A stretch of DNA of 64,000 nt from Octopus vulgaris (Eukaryota), in assembly GCA_951406725.2 (NCBI GenBank), contig OX597825.1, forward strand, positions 58,652,001 through 58,716,000. The letters are read 5' to 3'. Below the pieces are notes generated by a model. It was not told the origin of the DNA. It saw nothing but the letters and a program-made list of their open reading frames with translations, and did no database searches. The stretch's first letter is position 1. Every line of letters begins with the position of its first letter. The position numbers were made by a program, and so were the translations under genes. Positions 39,707-54,419 of this stretch are shown one piece after another.

Positions 39707-39989
39707 GACACACACACACACACACATATATACAGTGAAATGATGTATATGTTTATTCTGGAAATGATTTAAATAAATATTTAAAGGCTTTGTGAAACAA
39801 ACATACACTTCATTCGAGGAAGTTATAAGATGTACAAGCACTCTGCTTTGAATGAATTGTTTCCCATACCAGAAACAGCTGTAAGGTTATAAGCTAATGA
39901 AAGTGAGCATGTAACTCATGTTCTTTTCTCATCCATTAATTGATATTACTGTTTGAACTCACCTGATGAAAAGCATGAGTACTAACACT

Positions 39990-40280
39990 GGTTTTGTGGT
40001 TAGGGCAGCGGACTCGCGGTCATAAGATTGCCGTTTCGATTCCCAGACCTGGCGTTGTGAGTGTTTATTGAGCAAAAATACCTAAAGCTCCATGAGGCTC
40101 TGGCAGGGGGTGGTGGCGATCCCTGCTGTACCCTTTCACCACAACTTTCTCTCTTTCTTCTGTTGGCCTGCTTGCTTAGCCAGTGGGGTGGCATTATTTG
40201 AAGGCTAAAAAGCAATGTGAAGCGCATTGTGACCAGCGATGTGTAGCAACATCTGATAGCCTGGTCGATCATCTGATAGC

Positions 40281-40282
<2 letters not shown>
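39990..40282 (+). mobile_element. tRNA-derived SINE, family C
   Basis: gtggttagggcagcggactcgcggtc...gtttcgattccc tRNA-like head, then tgagtgtttattgagc body; related copy on the minus strand at about 63730-64000. Confidence 0.75.
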
Positions 40283-40323
<41 letters not shown>

Positions 40324-42079
40324 TTAATAATAGTTTAATTCAAATCAGCTTCTCATAACTTAATTTCATAAGTGTACGACATGTCAACCTCATCAGATGT
40401 TTGGAGAGAGTGAAGAAAATGTTAAAAGAAATTGACAATGGCTTCAGGGTATTTAGGTCACTATCAGTCAGTTCATGTTGTGTTTGATATGAAAACATCA
40501 GTTGTTTTATTGTTAATTCTATGCACTGGAGCAGACAGGATGCTTGTGTTACTATGTTGGTATTCTGGAGGATAATATATTTAACATCAATTCTTAACAA
40601 TGGATACTGTACATGATATAGTAGCCATGGTGTTGGTATCTATTAGTTTTTATTGTATAAGTCGTGACATTTTAGCATCAACAGGTATCATGATTTGATG
40701 GTGTCAATAGTAGAAATGAGCTTGCATGACAGATATGAGTAGATTGTAATCTCCATGGTAGCAGGAATTATATACCCTGTCATTGTGTTGTGTGGCATTA
40801 TATAGGGGTTATCAGCAGTGAAAGAATTAAAGTTCATTTAGAGGGTGTACCTCCAGTTGCAACCATAAGGTAGGTGATTTTCCCAACGATGGATACTACA
40901 GACTGATGAAATATGTACAGTTTTTCAGAGAAGCAGAGTTAACAGTTACAAACTCCAGGTGAGTAAGAACAGGCCCTATTAATGATGCTCCATGGGATGG
41001 TGAAGAAAACTTCACTTACTTAAGCTCACTTTGACATGCACTTACATAACATACATATTTATCACTGTCGTTGTCATCATTTAATGTCCGTTTTTCACTC
41101 TGGCATGGGTTGGACGATTTGACAGGAACTGATGAACCAGAGGACTGTGCCAAGCCCCACTTTCTGACTTGACATGGTTCTAATGGTTGATGCCCTTTCT
41201 AACGCCAACCTCTTTTCAATATACTGGGTGTCTTTTACACTGACATAAGTGAAGTCACCAAGCAACTTGCAAGAAAAGACCCACCAACTGAGTGGGTTGT
41301 AGTATTGAGGGAGATGGTTTGATGCCAGGAGATGTGTGGGTAAAGTGTGAGAGAAGGGCAGAAATTGGTGTCTTGCTGTTGAGGAGATACACGGCTACTC
41401 TAGTACGAAAAAGAGAGAAGATACTGGTGAAGAAGTGTCAAGGGGCACCCTCAAGTTACAGGAAGGGGAACTAAGAGAAGTGGTTCAGAAAACTGAAAAA
41501 GGTAAGTTTGTGAGAATGTGAAAACAGAATAGTTGATAGATTGAGATGGAGACAGGTGAATGCAGAGAATGGTGAACACGGATGGAGGTTTGGTCAGTGA
41601 TGAATATCATTTAGTGGGGTGGAGAAAGTAGAGACAATAAAAGGCGGTACAAGTGATGTGAAGTGTGGACAATGTGCAAGAGATGCACAGTGATAGGGAC
41701 AAGGCCAGAAGTTCATAGGGGTGGAAACAGTGGAACACGAACATAGAGAGATCTGCCATCGGTAGAATGAGAGGGAGTACAAGAGAAAAGTGGAAGTGAA
41801 AGGCAGTAAGGGTAATAATGGAACTGCGAGAGACGAGGTAAGTGGTGGTTCTAGGAAGAGTAGGAGTAGAAAAAGTGGGGATTGAAATACGTGAAGTTCC
41901 ATTCTTATAATTATAGCATCTGTGGGTATAGTACTGCATTCGAAGAGAAATGGAAGGGTGATGTTAGAAAGATGAGTTATGGGGAAGAGATACGTCAGGG
42001 ACAGACTGAGTGCAGGGCCATAAATACATAAACGATATGCTTTTAGGGCCTCGTGTTTTTTCTGAGATGGAGGTGATCT

Positions 42080-43390
42080 TCTCGACCCTAGCAAATCGCC
42101 AATCATTTTGTCTTTTGTCATCTCTTCCATGAGACTCAACATCCGGAGGTTATTCTTCACAATTTCGTCCCATGTCTTCCTGGGTCTCCTTCCATTCACT
42201 TTTAGCGATCGGTTCTTTATGCAGCTGTGCTCTTCCATACGCATCACATAACCATACCAGCAAAGTCTTCTCCTTCGCTCACTACATCTGATGCTTCTTT
42301 TGCCCAAATTTTCTCTCAAAACAGTTGTACTTTGTTGTACATGCACATCCAGTGAATTATCCTAGCTTCATTTCTTTCTAGCCTCCGCATATCCTCTGCA
42401 TTCACGGCCCACATTTCATTACCATATAGCATGCCAGTTCTTACACAAGCATCATACGATTTGCCTTTCATTTTGAAAGAAGGCCTTTTGTTACCAATAG
42501 AGGTGGGTGATAGCTTTGAACTTTTTCCTGCTGATTCTTATCCTAGCAAAGATACTTTCACAACGTCCTCCTCTACTGCTAATTAGGCCACATAGGTAAC
42601 AGAAACTATCAACCACTTTTAAGGAGCCTCCAAGACATTACACTACGATGATTTTCTTTATTGAGTACTTTTATTTCTCGTTTATAGAATTACTATGCTA
42701 ATACATACAATCTCTTTCGACTGTAGCATTCGCTAGGGAAAAGCCAACAAGGAGGGTTTGAATATCCTCGGACGTTTAAACTGCAACGTTCTCCAGTTGA
42801 CAGGTTGGCAATAGTAGTCAGTCGCTGTCTGGTCTTCTCCTGGCTTCCAGTTAAGTTTCTTTCTCTCGCCTTAATTCTAGAACCAGCCTGAGCCTCTTTC
42901 CGCTGCCTCCCCAATCCTACGAACAGCCGTCTTTCTATCCAATACCATTATAAAATCTTTCGTTCATATCCCACCAGGAAACCTCTGCAGATAGTCATGC
43001 CTATTACCCTTTATCCCAACATCATCGAGATAAAGTCCTTGAATTTGATGTCTTTTCCCTCACAGTCCACTTCTTTGCGTCTGTCTTCTTACAAGGCCAC
43101 ATGTCCCATAAGAACCGTCATCGTATGATCGTCTCTTTTTTATCGGACTTTCTGGTGGAGAGTGGCTACTTCTCCTTGATAAGCTGAATTGATGGAATTG
43201 CTCTCACATGGGTCTGATGGTTTTTTCATCTCTCTTGCAGCAAGACTTCAGCCAGTGTTCAAAGGACTTCAACATAACGCTCTTTGTGTTTCCTCTCGCT
43301 AAGCGTAGTCTTGTAGTCCACCAGTATGTGAACCGACGTACCTCGCTCTTTGCATAAATTGTGTTGTAGGTCCTCCTTTATTTCTCACCT
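42080..43390 (-). mobile_element. RTE-clade LINE, decayed and internally deleted
   Basis: KVVDSFCYL, KGKSYDACVRTGMLYGNEMWAV, RRRLCWYGYVMRM, GRRPRKTWDEIVKNNLRML motifs; more 5' portion fragmentary. Confidence 0.8.
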
Positions 43391-44486
43391 GTAAAGGTCT
43401 ACTGACGTTGGTTGTAATGTTGTTTACAGATCAAAATGGGGAAGATGTAGAAATGGCTCCACATTTGTGTGTGTGTGTGTGTGTGTACTGTATTTTCATA
43501 CAAAAGTTGATGAAGTATAAGCATTCAAATATCGTCACTGTCTCCTCAAATTTTGCTGCGTTTCATATAGAATTGTTGGTCCTTCAAAATTGTCTCAGTA
43601 TGGCGATATTGACAGCAATGCTGGAAGTGGAGGTGGTGATGTCGACGGTGATCATAATGATGATGAGATAGATGATGATGTTAATTTTGAGGATGGTAAC
43701 TATGATAAAAGTGGTAGTTACTATGATGATGATGATGATGATGATGATAGTGGAGCTGGTGGTTGCAGTTATGATGACGATGTTACGGAAATAAACACAC
43801 TGTTAACAAAGGCGAAGGTGATGGTGGCTCTGTAATTTAGAAATTTGTGTGAACAATGAAAAAAAAAGAACAAATGTCAAAGAATGAAACTTCGGTTTAG
43901 AACAATGAAGGTGTGATTTTCGTCGTTGTTGGCAACGTCATCGTCACCACCACCTTTCTCATCATCATCACCATCACCCTCATCATCATAATCGTCATCG
44001 TCATCGTCGTCATCATTATCATCATCATCGTCATCGTCATCATCATCATCATCATCATCTTCAACACCAGCAATAAAAAAACATCACTAAACAGCATTGT
44101 CATAACTACCACGACTAACATCACTATTACCATCACTACCATCACCGCTGCAATTACTGCTACCATTTCTACAACTACCACTAGCACCACCACCACCACC
44201 ATCACCACCAAATACTATCACCACAACCACAACCACCACCACCACCATCAACAATAACGACGGATACAACGAGGAGGTTAGCCACTTTGATCAATTACAG
44301 AAGAATGCTAATTATGTCTACCGAGGAAAAACAAGGTCCAAATCAGCACAGTTGCTCCTCGGCTTTTGAAGCGCTCCATGCTAAATGACCATCACTATCG
44401 ACTAGATCTGGAAATTGCTATCATATATCTAAATTGCACTGGCTTTCTATGGTAGGACAGATGTCCCATATCCGATGGGATAATCA

Positions 44487-44870
44487 TCTCTCTCTATATA
44501 AACGGCAGTTTGTCTGTGTGTGTTTCTGTGTGTCTGTCAGGTTGTACCCTCACCCTGACCACGGCTTTCAACCGATTCTGATGAAACTTGACACACACAT
44601 AGCCCAATGTCATAATTCAAAACTAACGCAGCGAAAATTTTGAAAAGTTCCCCCAGTTCTGAAAAAAATCGATAAATTCGACATGGGGTCGAGAATCAGA
44701 AACACAAACCACAGACTGTCTAGGGGACGCAACTCGACCTTTTTTAACTCTCAAAAAAATTTACCATAATTTTTTTTTCATTTTTTTGCTATTTTTTGGC
44801 TATAACTCTCTAAAAATGCTTTATAGTTATTTCCCTTACAAACCTGAGCAACGCCGGGCGATACTGCTAG
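44487..44870 (+). mobile_element. Non-autonomous Helitron
   Basis: A|TC start (tctctctatataaa), gtctg/tgtg microsatellite, subterminal hairpin cctgagcaacgccggg, CTAG|T end, no TSD. Confidence 0.8.
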
Positions 44871-45084
44871 TATTAATATAAAATCTTATGGTGTTATGGA
44901 GTTAAGGTGGTGGTGGTGGTGATAATTGATGTTGGTGTTCATGATGATGATGATAGTGGTGATGGCGTTGTTGTTGTTGTTATTTGTGGTGGTGGTTGTC
45001 GTGGTAATGATGACGACGACGACGAAAACGGCTACAATGATATTGCTAATGATAATGAATACGAAAACGATGACCATAAAAAGA

Positions 45085-45575
<491 letters not shown>

Positions 45576-46365
45576 AGATGGATGCAGGCGTAGAAGAAGA
45601 AAATGGAGTTGATCGGAAGATTCTGAAAGGAAAAAAAAAAAGCCAACAAAATACACGAAAATACTTAGAGAAACGTGGACGACTTTTTCTTCTTCTTTAC
45701 TTTTGCTTATATTCGTGTTGCTTGTGTTTCTGTTACTTTTGCTGTGATGTTGTGTGTATCTTGTCTTGATTTTATTTTCATTCGGAGAATGGAAAGCTTT
45801 TAACGTTAAAAATTCGGTAACAGGAAAATTTCATTGAAATAAAATGTTTTAAGAACCATTTAGCTATGATGAGATTATTTTTTTTAAAGAAAAAAAGTTA
45901 CTCTTTTTTTCTACAAGTTTTCTACAAGGAAACGAATGTGTTATATGCGACAGTATGTATATGCATGTGCGAGTGTGCGCGTGTATGTATGTATGTATGT
46001 ATGTATGTATGTATGTATGTATGTATGTATGTATGTATGTATGTATGTATGTATGTATGTATGTATGTGTGTATGTATGTATGCATGCATGCATGTATGC
46101 ATGCATGCATGCATGCATGTATGTATGTATGTGTATATGAATGTAAGTACGATATATAAGTATATGTATATATATATATATATGCATGTATAAATATATA
46201 TGTATACATATATACATATATGCACACATACACACACACCACAACACATATATACATACACGCACACACATACACATTTATATATGTATGTGTGTATGTG
46301 TGTGTGTACAGACAAGTGCACATATGTATATATTCATAAATACACATGCATAAATATGTATACAT

Positions 46366-46446
<81 letters not shown>

Positions 46447-46632
46447 CATGCATACATACATACATACACACACAAACACACACACATATATGCAATTGTG
46501 CTATCATGGAAGTATACGTGTACGCCTTTCGATTGTAAAGATACACATTTATACATAAAAGAGAGGTATAGTTCTTATACAACTTTATACGTACATATTT
46601 GCTTTCATGTACAAGTACACACATACATATAC

Positions 46633-46672
<40 letters not shown>

Positions 46673-46689
46673 CTTAGATAATTTAGATA

Positions 46690-47075
46690 TGTTTCGACCA
46701 AAGATTGGTCCAGGCCATGTCTAACTTAATAGCACCACCTGATAGGATTATTCGAATCCTGTTTAAGTCAAGTTTTGTTTAAGTCAAGATTTGTTCGAGT
46801 AGTGAGTTCTTGTTGGGTGAGTTGTATCAAGTTTTGTTCAAGTAGTGAGTTCTTGTTGGGTGAGTTGTATCCAATTATGGGTGGCTTATCTGGTCTTCTT
46901 TGAAGGAATCTATCCAGATTCCGTTTAAAGTTGATGGGATCCTTTTCCTCTTTGATCTCCCTCGGGACAATGTTAAATAGGGCAGGGCCTGTTGAGGAAA
47001 AGAAATTTTGTTGCAGTGTACATGTATGTTGTGATCTTGAATTGGGCAGGGGACGTATGGCCCGTGGTCCCAGTT
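46690..47075 (-). mobile_element. CR1/L2-group LINE 3' fragment with 3' UTR
   Basis: [62 protein letters not shown]; a block of about 38 bp near the ORF end is duplicated (46791-46871). Confidence 0.8.
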
Positions 47076-47151
47076 ATATATATATATATATGCATATATA
47101 TATATACATATATATATACGTATATATATATATACGTATATATATATATAC

Positions 47152-47256
<105 letters not shown>

Positions 47257-47402
47257 TGCATGTTTGTATGTATGTGTAAATGCTTTATATTCACCCGGTG
47301 TTTTACTCTGAAGCATGAGTATATTGACTTCTAACAACTGGTTATTACTATCACTATGCTCAAGTGAAATTTCATACATACATACATACATACATACATA
47401 CA

Positions 47403-47467
<65 letters not shown>

Positions 47468-47469
<2 letters not shown>

Positions 47470-48018
47470 CGGCTGCCCCCTCGTTATCGAGTATGGCCAT
47501 TGCACGAAGCTTAATCAATGTTGTTATCGTGCAATGCCTGTGCAAGAATATTTTTTTAAAGTGAGGAAAGGCTGTGCACCGAGTCAATCCCACTCACTAA
47601 GCAACAGCAGCCATAATCCGAAAAGAAGAACAAGTCAACATCATCGGTAACCACTGAGATGCACGTTTTATGTCGGAGTTATCCCAGTTACCTGAGTTGC
47701 CTTCTCCTAGAAGGATGCCCTGACAAAGGCTAGGAGTCCTTCACTCCCAAAGGTTTAACTGCACGATCGGGTATTCAATCCGATTATTTCTATTTCCTCG
47801 CGCATGATACAGCTTTAAGACATTTATTGGATGGCCGTGACTCTCAAGAGTTCCTCCGCCCTTTGACGGGATTTGTTTTTCATCCCGCAGGGTGTCCAAT
47901 AAACACCTTCCTCACGAAGCAAGCTTGGTGGGGTTGCCGGTTTAGTCGCCGACGACCCGACCATGCAACAGGTTGTACTGGGTTACATGTTACCAGTAGC
48001 ACTCGAAAGTGACCTGAC
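47468..48018 (-). mobile_element. Non-autonomous RTE-like retroelement (structured 5' part joined to a 3' tail)
   Basis: GC-richer CpG-intact unit between TA microsatellites; contains gggcatccttctaggagaaggcaactc (RTE 5'UTR-like motif) and a terminal ccatactcgataacgagggggcagcc stem-loop; no meaningful ORF. Confidence 0.5.
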
Positions 48019-48174
48019 ATAATATATATATACATACGTGACCTGACATAATATATATATATATATATATACATATATATACATACGTAAAACATACATA
48101 CATACATACATACATACATACATACATACATACATACATACATACATACATGCATATATATGTGCGTTTGTGTG

Positions 48175-49620
48175 TAAATGAAGTTTTCCTTAATATATTG
48201 AATGGGAACTTTCCTCCTAACCACAAACATCACTAGATTTTTAACAAGTACACGGTTAAATTGTCTTTCTCTACTACACTAAATTTAACAGATATTATAA
48301 AAATACTAACCCATCTAAAATGAATAAGTATAATAAATATATATATACGATCGCACACATAGTTACAAAATCTCTGATATATCCTACTTGTCTGTATAGC
48401 ACCATAGTGGGTGAGATTCAGAATGTAGAAAACAATAACAAAAATACAAAGCATATGCCAATAACTGTAGTACTACCATACTTCACACGAGTAATAAAAC
48501 TTATGGTAACTTAATTAATGGACATGGTATAAAAGATGACATTTCTGTACACTTAGTTAAAATATCGAAATAAATTTGCAATAATAATAACTGTAACATA
48601 ACAATAATACACACGAATTCAAACTCTTTGCAATATTCCAACATACGCAGTGATGTTAGTAAATCTAATACTGAATGTTAAATCAGTAGTGAACAAGAAG
48701 ATAGTGTAGGTAGTAGCAAAACTATTCTTTCTAAGGTAGAAACTTCAGACCTATATAAACATGAATTAACTTTACAAGATACTGTCTTGCATTGTAACTG
48801 TAGAACGACTCCTACTTGTCCTTTCAGAGCAGTAGTACTTTACAAAATACCGTCTTGCATTGTAACTGTAGGACGACTCCTACTTGTCGTTCAGAGCAGT
48901 AGTACTCAACCACTTTTTATCTATGGACTCCTTTGATTACTATTTTATTCAGATGGGTCCCTATTTAATGTTTGGAAACTAATTTTATAGATACTGCTTT
49001 CAAAATACCCATTTTGTTCACCACACATTCACTTGAACTTTGTAAAATGTTACAGAAAGGAAACTAGATGTTTCATGCAACAAATACATCTATATCAAAA
49101 GTTTTCATGGACCCTTAAAAATAATACTGTGAACCTAATTTACTATTTTACTTATGTGGACCCCTCCCCCAAATCTGATATGGAGCCTTAGGGTTCATAT
49201 GGGCCCCCGGTTGAGAACCACTGTTTTAGAGCAACTGTTTGACAGGAAACGTTATCTATATGTGTAGCGTCATTACAGCAAAGCATACTCGTTAATACGA
49301 GACATAGTCTAACTTCTAATTCTTTTAAATGTCGTTACAGCATACAAACACATCGCTTTAGGATTTAAAAAAATTATGTAATTTATTTAGACTAGCTAAG
49401 AAAATCTTTAATTTTAACTTTTCGAATACAATATATGATATACATCGGGATATCAAAAGTAAGCTCCCCCCACCCCGCCCCGCTTACACTGAAAACAAGA
49501 AAGAATGCAAATTATGTACTACGGACGTGCTGCATATTTTATTAAGTAACAAAAATTACTTAGGCCAAAATAAGAGTGGTTTTTCTCTTGCAAACACAGA
49601 ATCATTAAATTCGCTTAAAT
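48175..49620 (+). mobile_element. Penelope-like element remnant (RT thumb, linker and GIY-YIG endonuclease)
   Basis: FLNILNGNFPPNHKHH*IFNKYTVKLSFS, HCNCRTTPTCPF, NCLTGNVIYMCSV, TSNSFKCRY, KECKLCTTD, SCKHR; matches the PLE CNCR...CPL.G.CL...VIY...FK.RY..H...C.LC..E...CRH pattern. Confidence 0.8.
48897..49223. mobile_element. hAT (Charlie-like) MITE inserted in the Penelope remnant
   Basis: TIR cagtagtactcaacc...ggttgagaaccactg; imperfect 8-bp TSD gttcagag / ttttagag. Confidence 0.8.
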
Positions 49621-49805
49621 TCTGTATAATCAGTTCTACAGAGGTCAACAAAAAAAATAAAACTACATTCTTTCTGACTCAAAGTAACGCTATCATATGA
49701 ACATAGAAACTTTTCATATAACGCTGGTATAAAATTATTTTATTGTAATATAAAATAATACATATACATGTAAATTTCTATTTTAGTATACATACACATA
49801 CAAAC

Positions 49806-49836
<31 letters not shown>

Positions 49837-50269
49837 CATACATACATACATACATACATACATACATACATACATACATAACATACATAATATACATAAT
49901 TTACTGTTCCGTTAAGGTAAGATCAACAAAAAAGTACACCATCCAGTGTGTAATAAGTACCATTGTATTAAAATATGAGCTACTAATAATTTCTTGCCAT
50001 TGAGACGCGTGGTTAGGCAGATTTTTTTAATAATGTACCCCGTGTTTCCAAACAACCTTCGGACTCTGAGCACATGCTTTGTTCTATTTAAAATCAGTGT
50101 CCCCATTTTCAAGTAGAGCAAACTTTGCTTTGCGCCCTGTCGGAGATCGATAAAATAGTTACCAGTTGAGTATCGGTGTCAATATAATCGAATAGCCCTC
50201 TCCGCCAAAATTTCAGGCCATGTACCAAAAATTGAAACCATTATTGTTGTTGTTATTATTGTTATTATT

Positions 50270-51030
50270 CAATATTTGGTGGTTTCAGGCAAATTTCTAC
50301 TGCATCATCTGCTACACCTCCGTCTTGCTGGGGCGTGTGCAGCATCGTGCTGTTGAAGTGTGCAAACTCTTCCTGGTATTGTATTGCGTCAGTTTCTTTA
50401 TTATGGTGTGTGGTGCAGTCGTTTGTCGTTTTAGTGTTTGTATTGTGTGTTATGTGTGTAATGGTTGGGTATTTGGCCTGCCGGTGATTGTTTGTTTTAT
50501 TGGATATTTGCTGTATAGTGTGTATCTTGTGTTTGTGGATTGTTTTGTTTGGGTTGTATTTTTGAATTGATAGTGCCTTGCCTAGGATGTGGGCTGTTCT
50601 TAGTAGGGATATTTTTTTATAGTGTGTTGTGTTGAGGATCCAAGTATAGCTTCTAATTTTTTGTTCATATGTTATTTTATTATGCCCAGTGCTCCAATAA
50701 TTACTGGTATTGTTTTAATCGTCATGCCCCACATCTTGAGTACTTTCATTTCGAGGTCTTTGTACTTTGACAATTTCTCCAGTTCTTTTGAGGCAATATT
50801 TTGGTCAGAAGGGACTGCCATGCCTAAAGCAAGCAGGTGGGTTTTTTTTAACCAATCCTTGATTATTATGTCTGGGCGATTAGCTTTTATTTCTTTGTCA
50901 GTTTGAACAGGAGTATCCCAGATGATTTTTGACCTAGTCGTTGTCATGTACTTTGTTTGGCACATGTTTATACCATTTATTGTCAGGTTTTATGTTGTAG
51001 TGTGAGCATATTGTTCAGTGGATGTAACTA
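50270..51030 (-). mobile_element. R4/Dong-clade LINE 3' fragment (restriction-like endonuclease plus 3' UTR)
   Basis: KIIWDTPVQTDKEIKANRPDIIIKD...AVPSDQNIASKELEKLSKYKDL...MWGM...IPVIIGALG. Confidence 0.88.
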
Positions 51031-51048
51031 CTTACTCAATCGTGTTTC

Positions 51049-51119
<71 letters not shown>

Positions 51120-51377
51120 CCCTCTCCCAAGCTGTCCTTTTGGCAAAAGTTTGAAATCATTATTTAAAGGCGGTGAGCTGGTAGAATTGTTAGCAAGCCG
51201 GGCGAAACTTTAGCGATATTTCGTCAGCCGCTACGTTTTGAGTTCAAATTCCGCCGAGGTCGACTTTGCTTTTCATCCTTTCAGTGTCGATGAAATAAGT
51301 ACCAGTTATTCACTGGGGTCGATGTAATCGACTGGCCCCCTCCCCAAAACTCTTCAAGGTCTTGTGCCTAGAGTAGA

Positions 51378-51448
<71 letters not shown>

Positions 51449-51451
<3 letters not shown>

Positions 51452-51890
51452 TTTTATGATTCAATGCGACCATGAGATAGAGAATAGGAAGCCGGACATA
51501 GTCTTAATTGAGAAAGAAAACAAACTATGCTGGATCATATATATAGCATGCTCAGCTGACAACAAGGTATGCGATAAGGAAGAAAGAAAAGTCGAGAGAT
51601 ATGACCGGTTAGCTTTGGAAGTTAAGCAGTTATGGTCGATGAAAAAGATAGCAGTTGTACCAATAGTTGTCGGAGCCCTGGGAACAGTGAGCAAAAATCT
51701 CGAGAAGTACGTGGAACAAATAGGGGCTGCAATAAGGGTGAAGCACTTGCAGAAAACAACACTGCTTGGAACCGCTCGAATACTCCGGAAGGTGCTCAAG
51801 AAATAAGAAGTGTTATCTTAGTTCACTGGTAGTGAACAGCTGATACTGAAGTACATCCCCAGCGTTAGAAGCTGTGCAAAGGCAATTATA
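51449..51890 (+). mobile_element. R4/Dong-clade LINE 3' fragment inside (AAT)n
   Basis: DFMIQCDHEIENRKPDIVLIEK...KEERKVERY..LALEVKQLW...VVPIVVGALG...LQKTTLLGTARILRKVL; (AAT)n upstream and aattataataatg downstream. Confidence 0.88.
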
Positions 51891-51907
51891 ATAATGATTA
51901 TCATTAA

Positions 51908-51949
<42 letters not shown>

Positions 51950-51966
51950 GATTATTATTATTATTA

Positions 51967-52030
<64 letters not shown>

Positions 52031-52217
52031 TAACCAGTTAACTAATCGATTACTTAATCAGTCATTTGATCAATAAATCAATAAATTGGTTTGACAAAAT
52101 CTTTGACTTGCCAATCGCGACTTCATCAAGGACAGTCCTTAATTCCTTCTGATCTGTCTAGTTGTCTCCATATAATACATACATACATACATACATACAT
52201 ACATACATACATACATG

Positions 52218-52701
52218 CCGTAAATCCTCGAGTATAATCCGCATTTTTCCCCAAAATTTAAAGGTCAAAATCCCTATTTTCTAAGCAATGTCCGAGTCTC
52301 TATTTACTGTCCGGCAATGTTATTCAGACGCATTTTGTGATGTCGGGCGTGAAAATACCTTAAGTTAAGCCTGAAAGCAATGAAATCATAAAAAGATCAT
52401 CCATAATTTGCAATAAGTAACATTTATTAAAATAAAAGTATTCAGAACACAGAATAACATGTAACAAAAACAATTTGCAAACACATTTACATTCCCATAT
52501 AACAGTTAAGAACATCACTATTATTGTATTATGCATGCACGGAAGAGTTTGTTCGACTTGGTGCTGCTAACTTGATTACGCACGACTCAAGTAGAGAAGG
52601 GGTGCGTATTATACACAAGGTTTAGTTTTTTCAGAGGTACAGCCCTCTAAAAATCCCCTGCGTATTATACTCAAGGGCGGACTATACTCGAGGATCTACG
52701 G
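52218..52701. mobile_element. Tc2/pogo-type MITE
   Basis: TIR ccgtaaatcctcgagtata...tatactcgaggatctacgg, inserted in an (ACAT)n tract with TA at the right flank. Confidence 0.8.
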
Positions 52702-53236
52702 TACATACATTTTAGTTGCTTTCTCATACACGGGCAAATTCCATTGCTAGAAAGAATCATTGGAATGAGTCAATACTGATGCAATGTGAGGCCCTTGTAT
52801 GATTCTGGAGCCCGGCGATCCAAAACCATTCAGTCCCACATTCAAAGAATATACAACCCTGCAGCTAGACACCAGTGCGCACGCGCGTACCAGTATCTGT
52901 ACGTATGACTCTAATAACAGAGTATTCAGTTGATGTAAATGGAGGAACTAAGATACGATAAGTAAAATATCACAGAATTATTTTAGTAAATAAATAATTC
53001 AGTCAGTTTTATTGCTTATCAGAGTAACATTTATCATAACCACGTTTACATTTGCATATTTGCCCCACCACCACCACCACCACCACCACCACCGTCACCA
53101 CATACATATACATATGTATTACTCTGTACACAAAAATATGCATAGGTAGGTTACGCATCTATAATTGAAATTGCTTTTTCTTGAAAAGCTGGGAGCTATC
53201 TGCAAATGTATGATGCATTTATATGGACGCACAATC

Positions 53237-53277
<41 letters not shown>

Positions 53278-53279
53278 TA

Positions 53280-53317
53280 TGTGTGTGTGCACATATACAT
53301 ATGACATATGTCTATAC

Positions 53318-53348
<31 letters not shown>

Positions 53349-53387
53349 TATGTGTGTGTGTGTGTGTGCACATATACATATGACATA

Positions 53388-53425
<38 letters not shown>

Positions 53426-53471
53426 TATGTGTGTGTGTGTGTGTGTGCACATATACATATGACATATGTCT

Positions 53472-53518
<47 letters not shown>

Positions 53519-53570
53519 CACATATATGTGTGTGTGTGTGTGTACATATACATATGACATGTCTATACAT

Positions 53571-53580
<10 letters not shown>
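53280..53580. repeat. Minisatellite of (GT)n-gcacatatacatatgacatatgtctata-(TA)n units, about 4 copies
   Basis: Direct inspection. Confidence 0.8.
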
Positions 53581-53603
<23 letters not shown>

Positions 53604-53966
53604 CATATACATATATATATATATATACATATATATACATACATATATATATATACACTTATACATCTGTGTGTATATCCAGATATGTATGTATGTATGT
53701 ATGTATACATATATAAATGTATGTGTGCTTGTGTCTGTATGTATGTGTGTGTGTATGAGAGAGAGAGTAAGAATGAAAGAGTGAGAGTGAGAGAGTGTGT
53801 GTGTGTGAGAGAGAGTGAGAGTAAGAGAGAGTGAGAGATGATGAGAGTCCATTATTGTCGGCTGAAATATTAATGTTGAAATAATTTGCCTCCAAGAGTG
53901 GAATTCTTTCAGATATTGTGAGAAAACTGAATATGTGTCACCACCACCACCACCACCACCACCACT

Positions 53967-54009
<43 letters not shown>

Positions 54010-54419
54010 CCTTCATCATCATCATTAGCACTATCACCACCATCACAACCAACAACACCAACACCATGACCAACACTATCACGACCATCACCACCATCGC
54101 AAACAACTCGTCACCACCACCACCGCTACGAACACCAAAACCAGTAGTTTTAACAGAAATTTATGCATGTACTACTTTTTGTATAAGTCGCATACGACAT
54201 CATATCCTGCAGCGACACCAAATCACAATGCACTGCAACGCGCTGGACTGCATGCTGCACTACATAGACACTTTTGCACACACAATAAGTGCGTGCGTAC
54301 GCACGTACACACATACACACACTTCACTTCTAAATGACGCTTTACAAGAAACCTAAATACATGGTTTTATACGTATGAACATCTGTTTGAAAATCTGTAT
54401 GAACAGTGTGAATGTATAT

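Noticed and set aside
44575-44595. ctgatgaaac hammerhead-like core
   Set aside because: Part of the Helitron body (ccgattctgatgaaacttg); no stem II, separate GAAA or cleavage triplet
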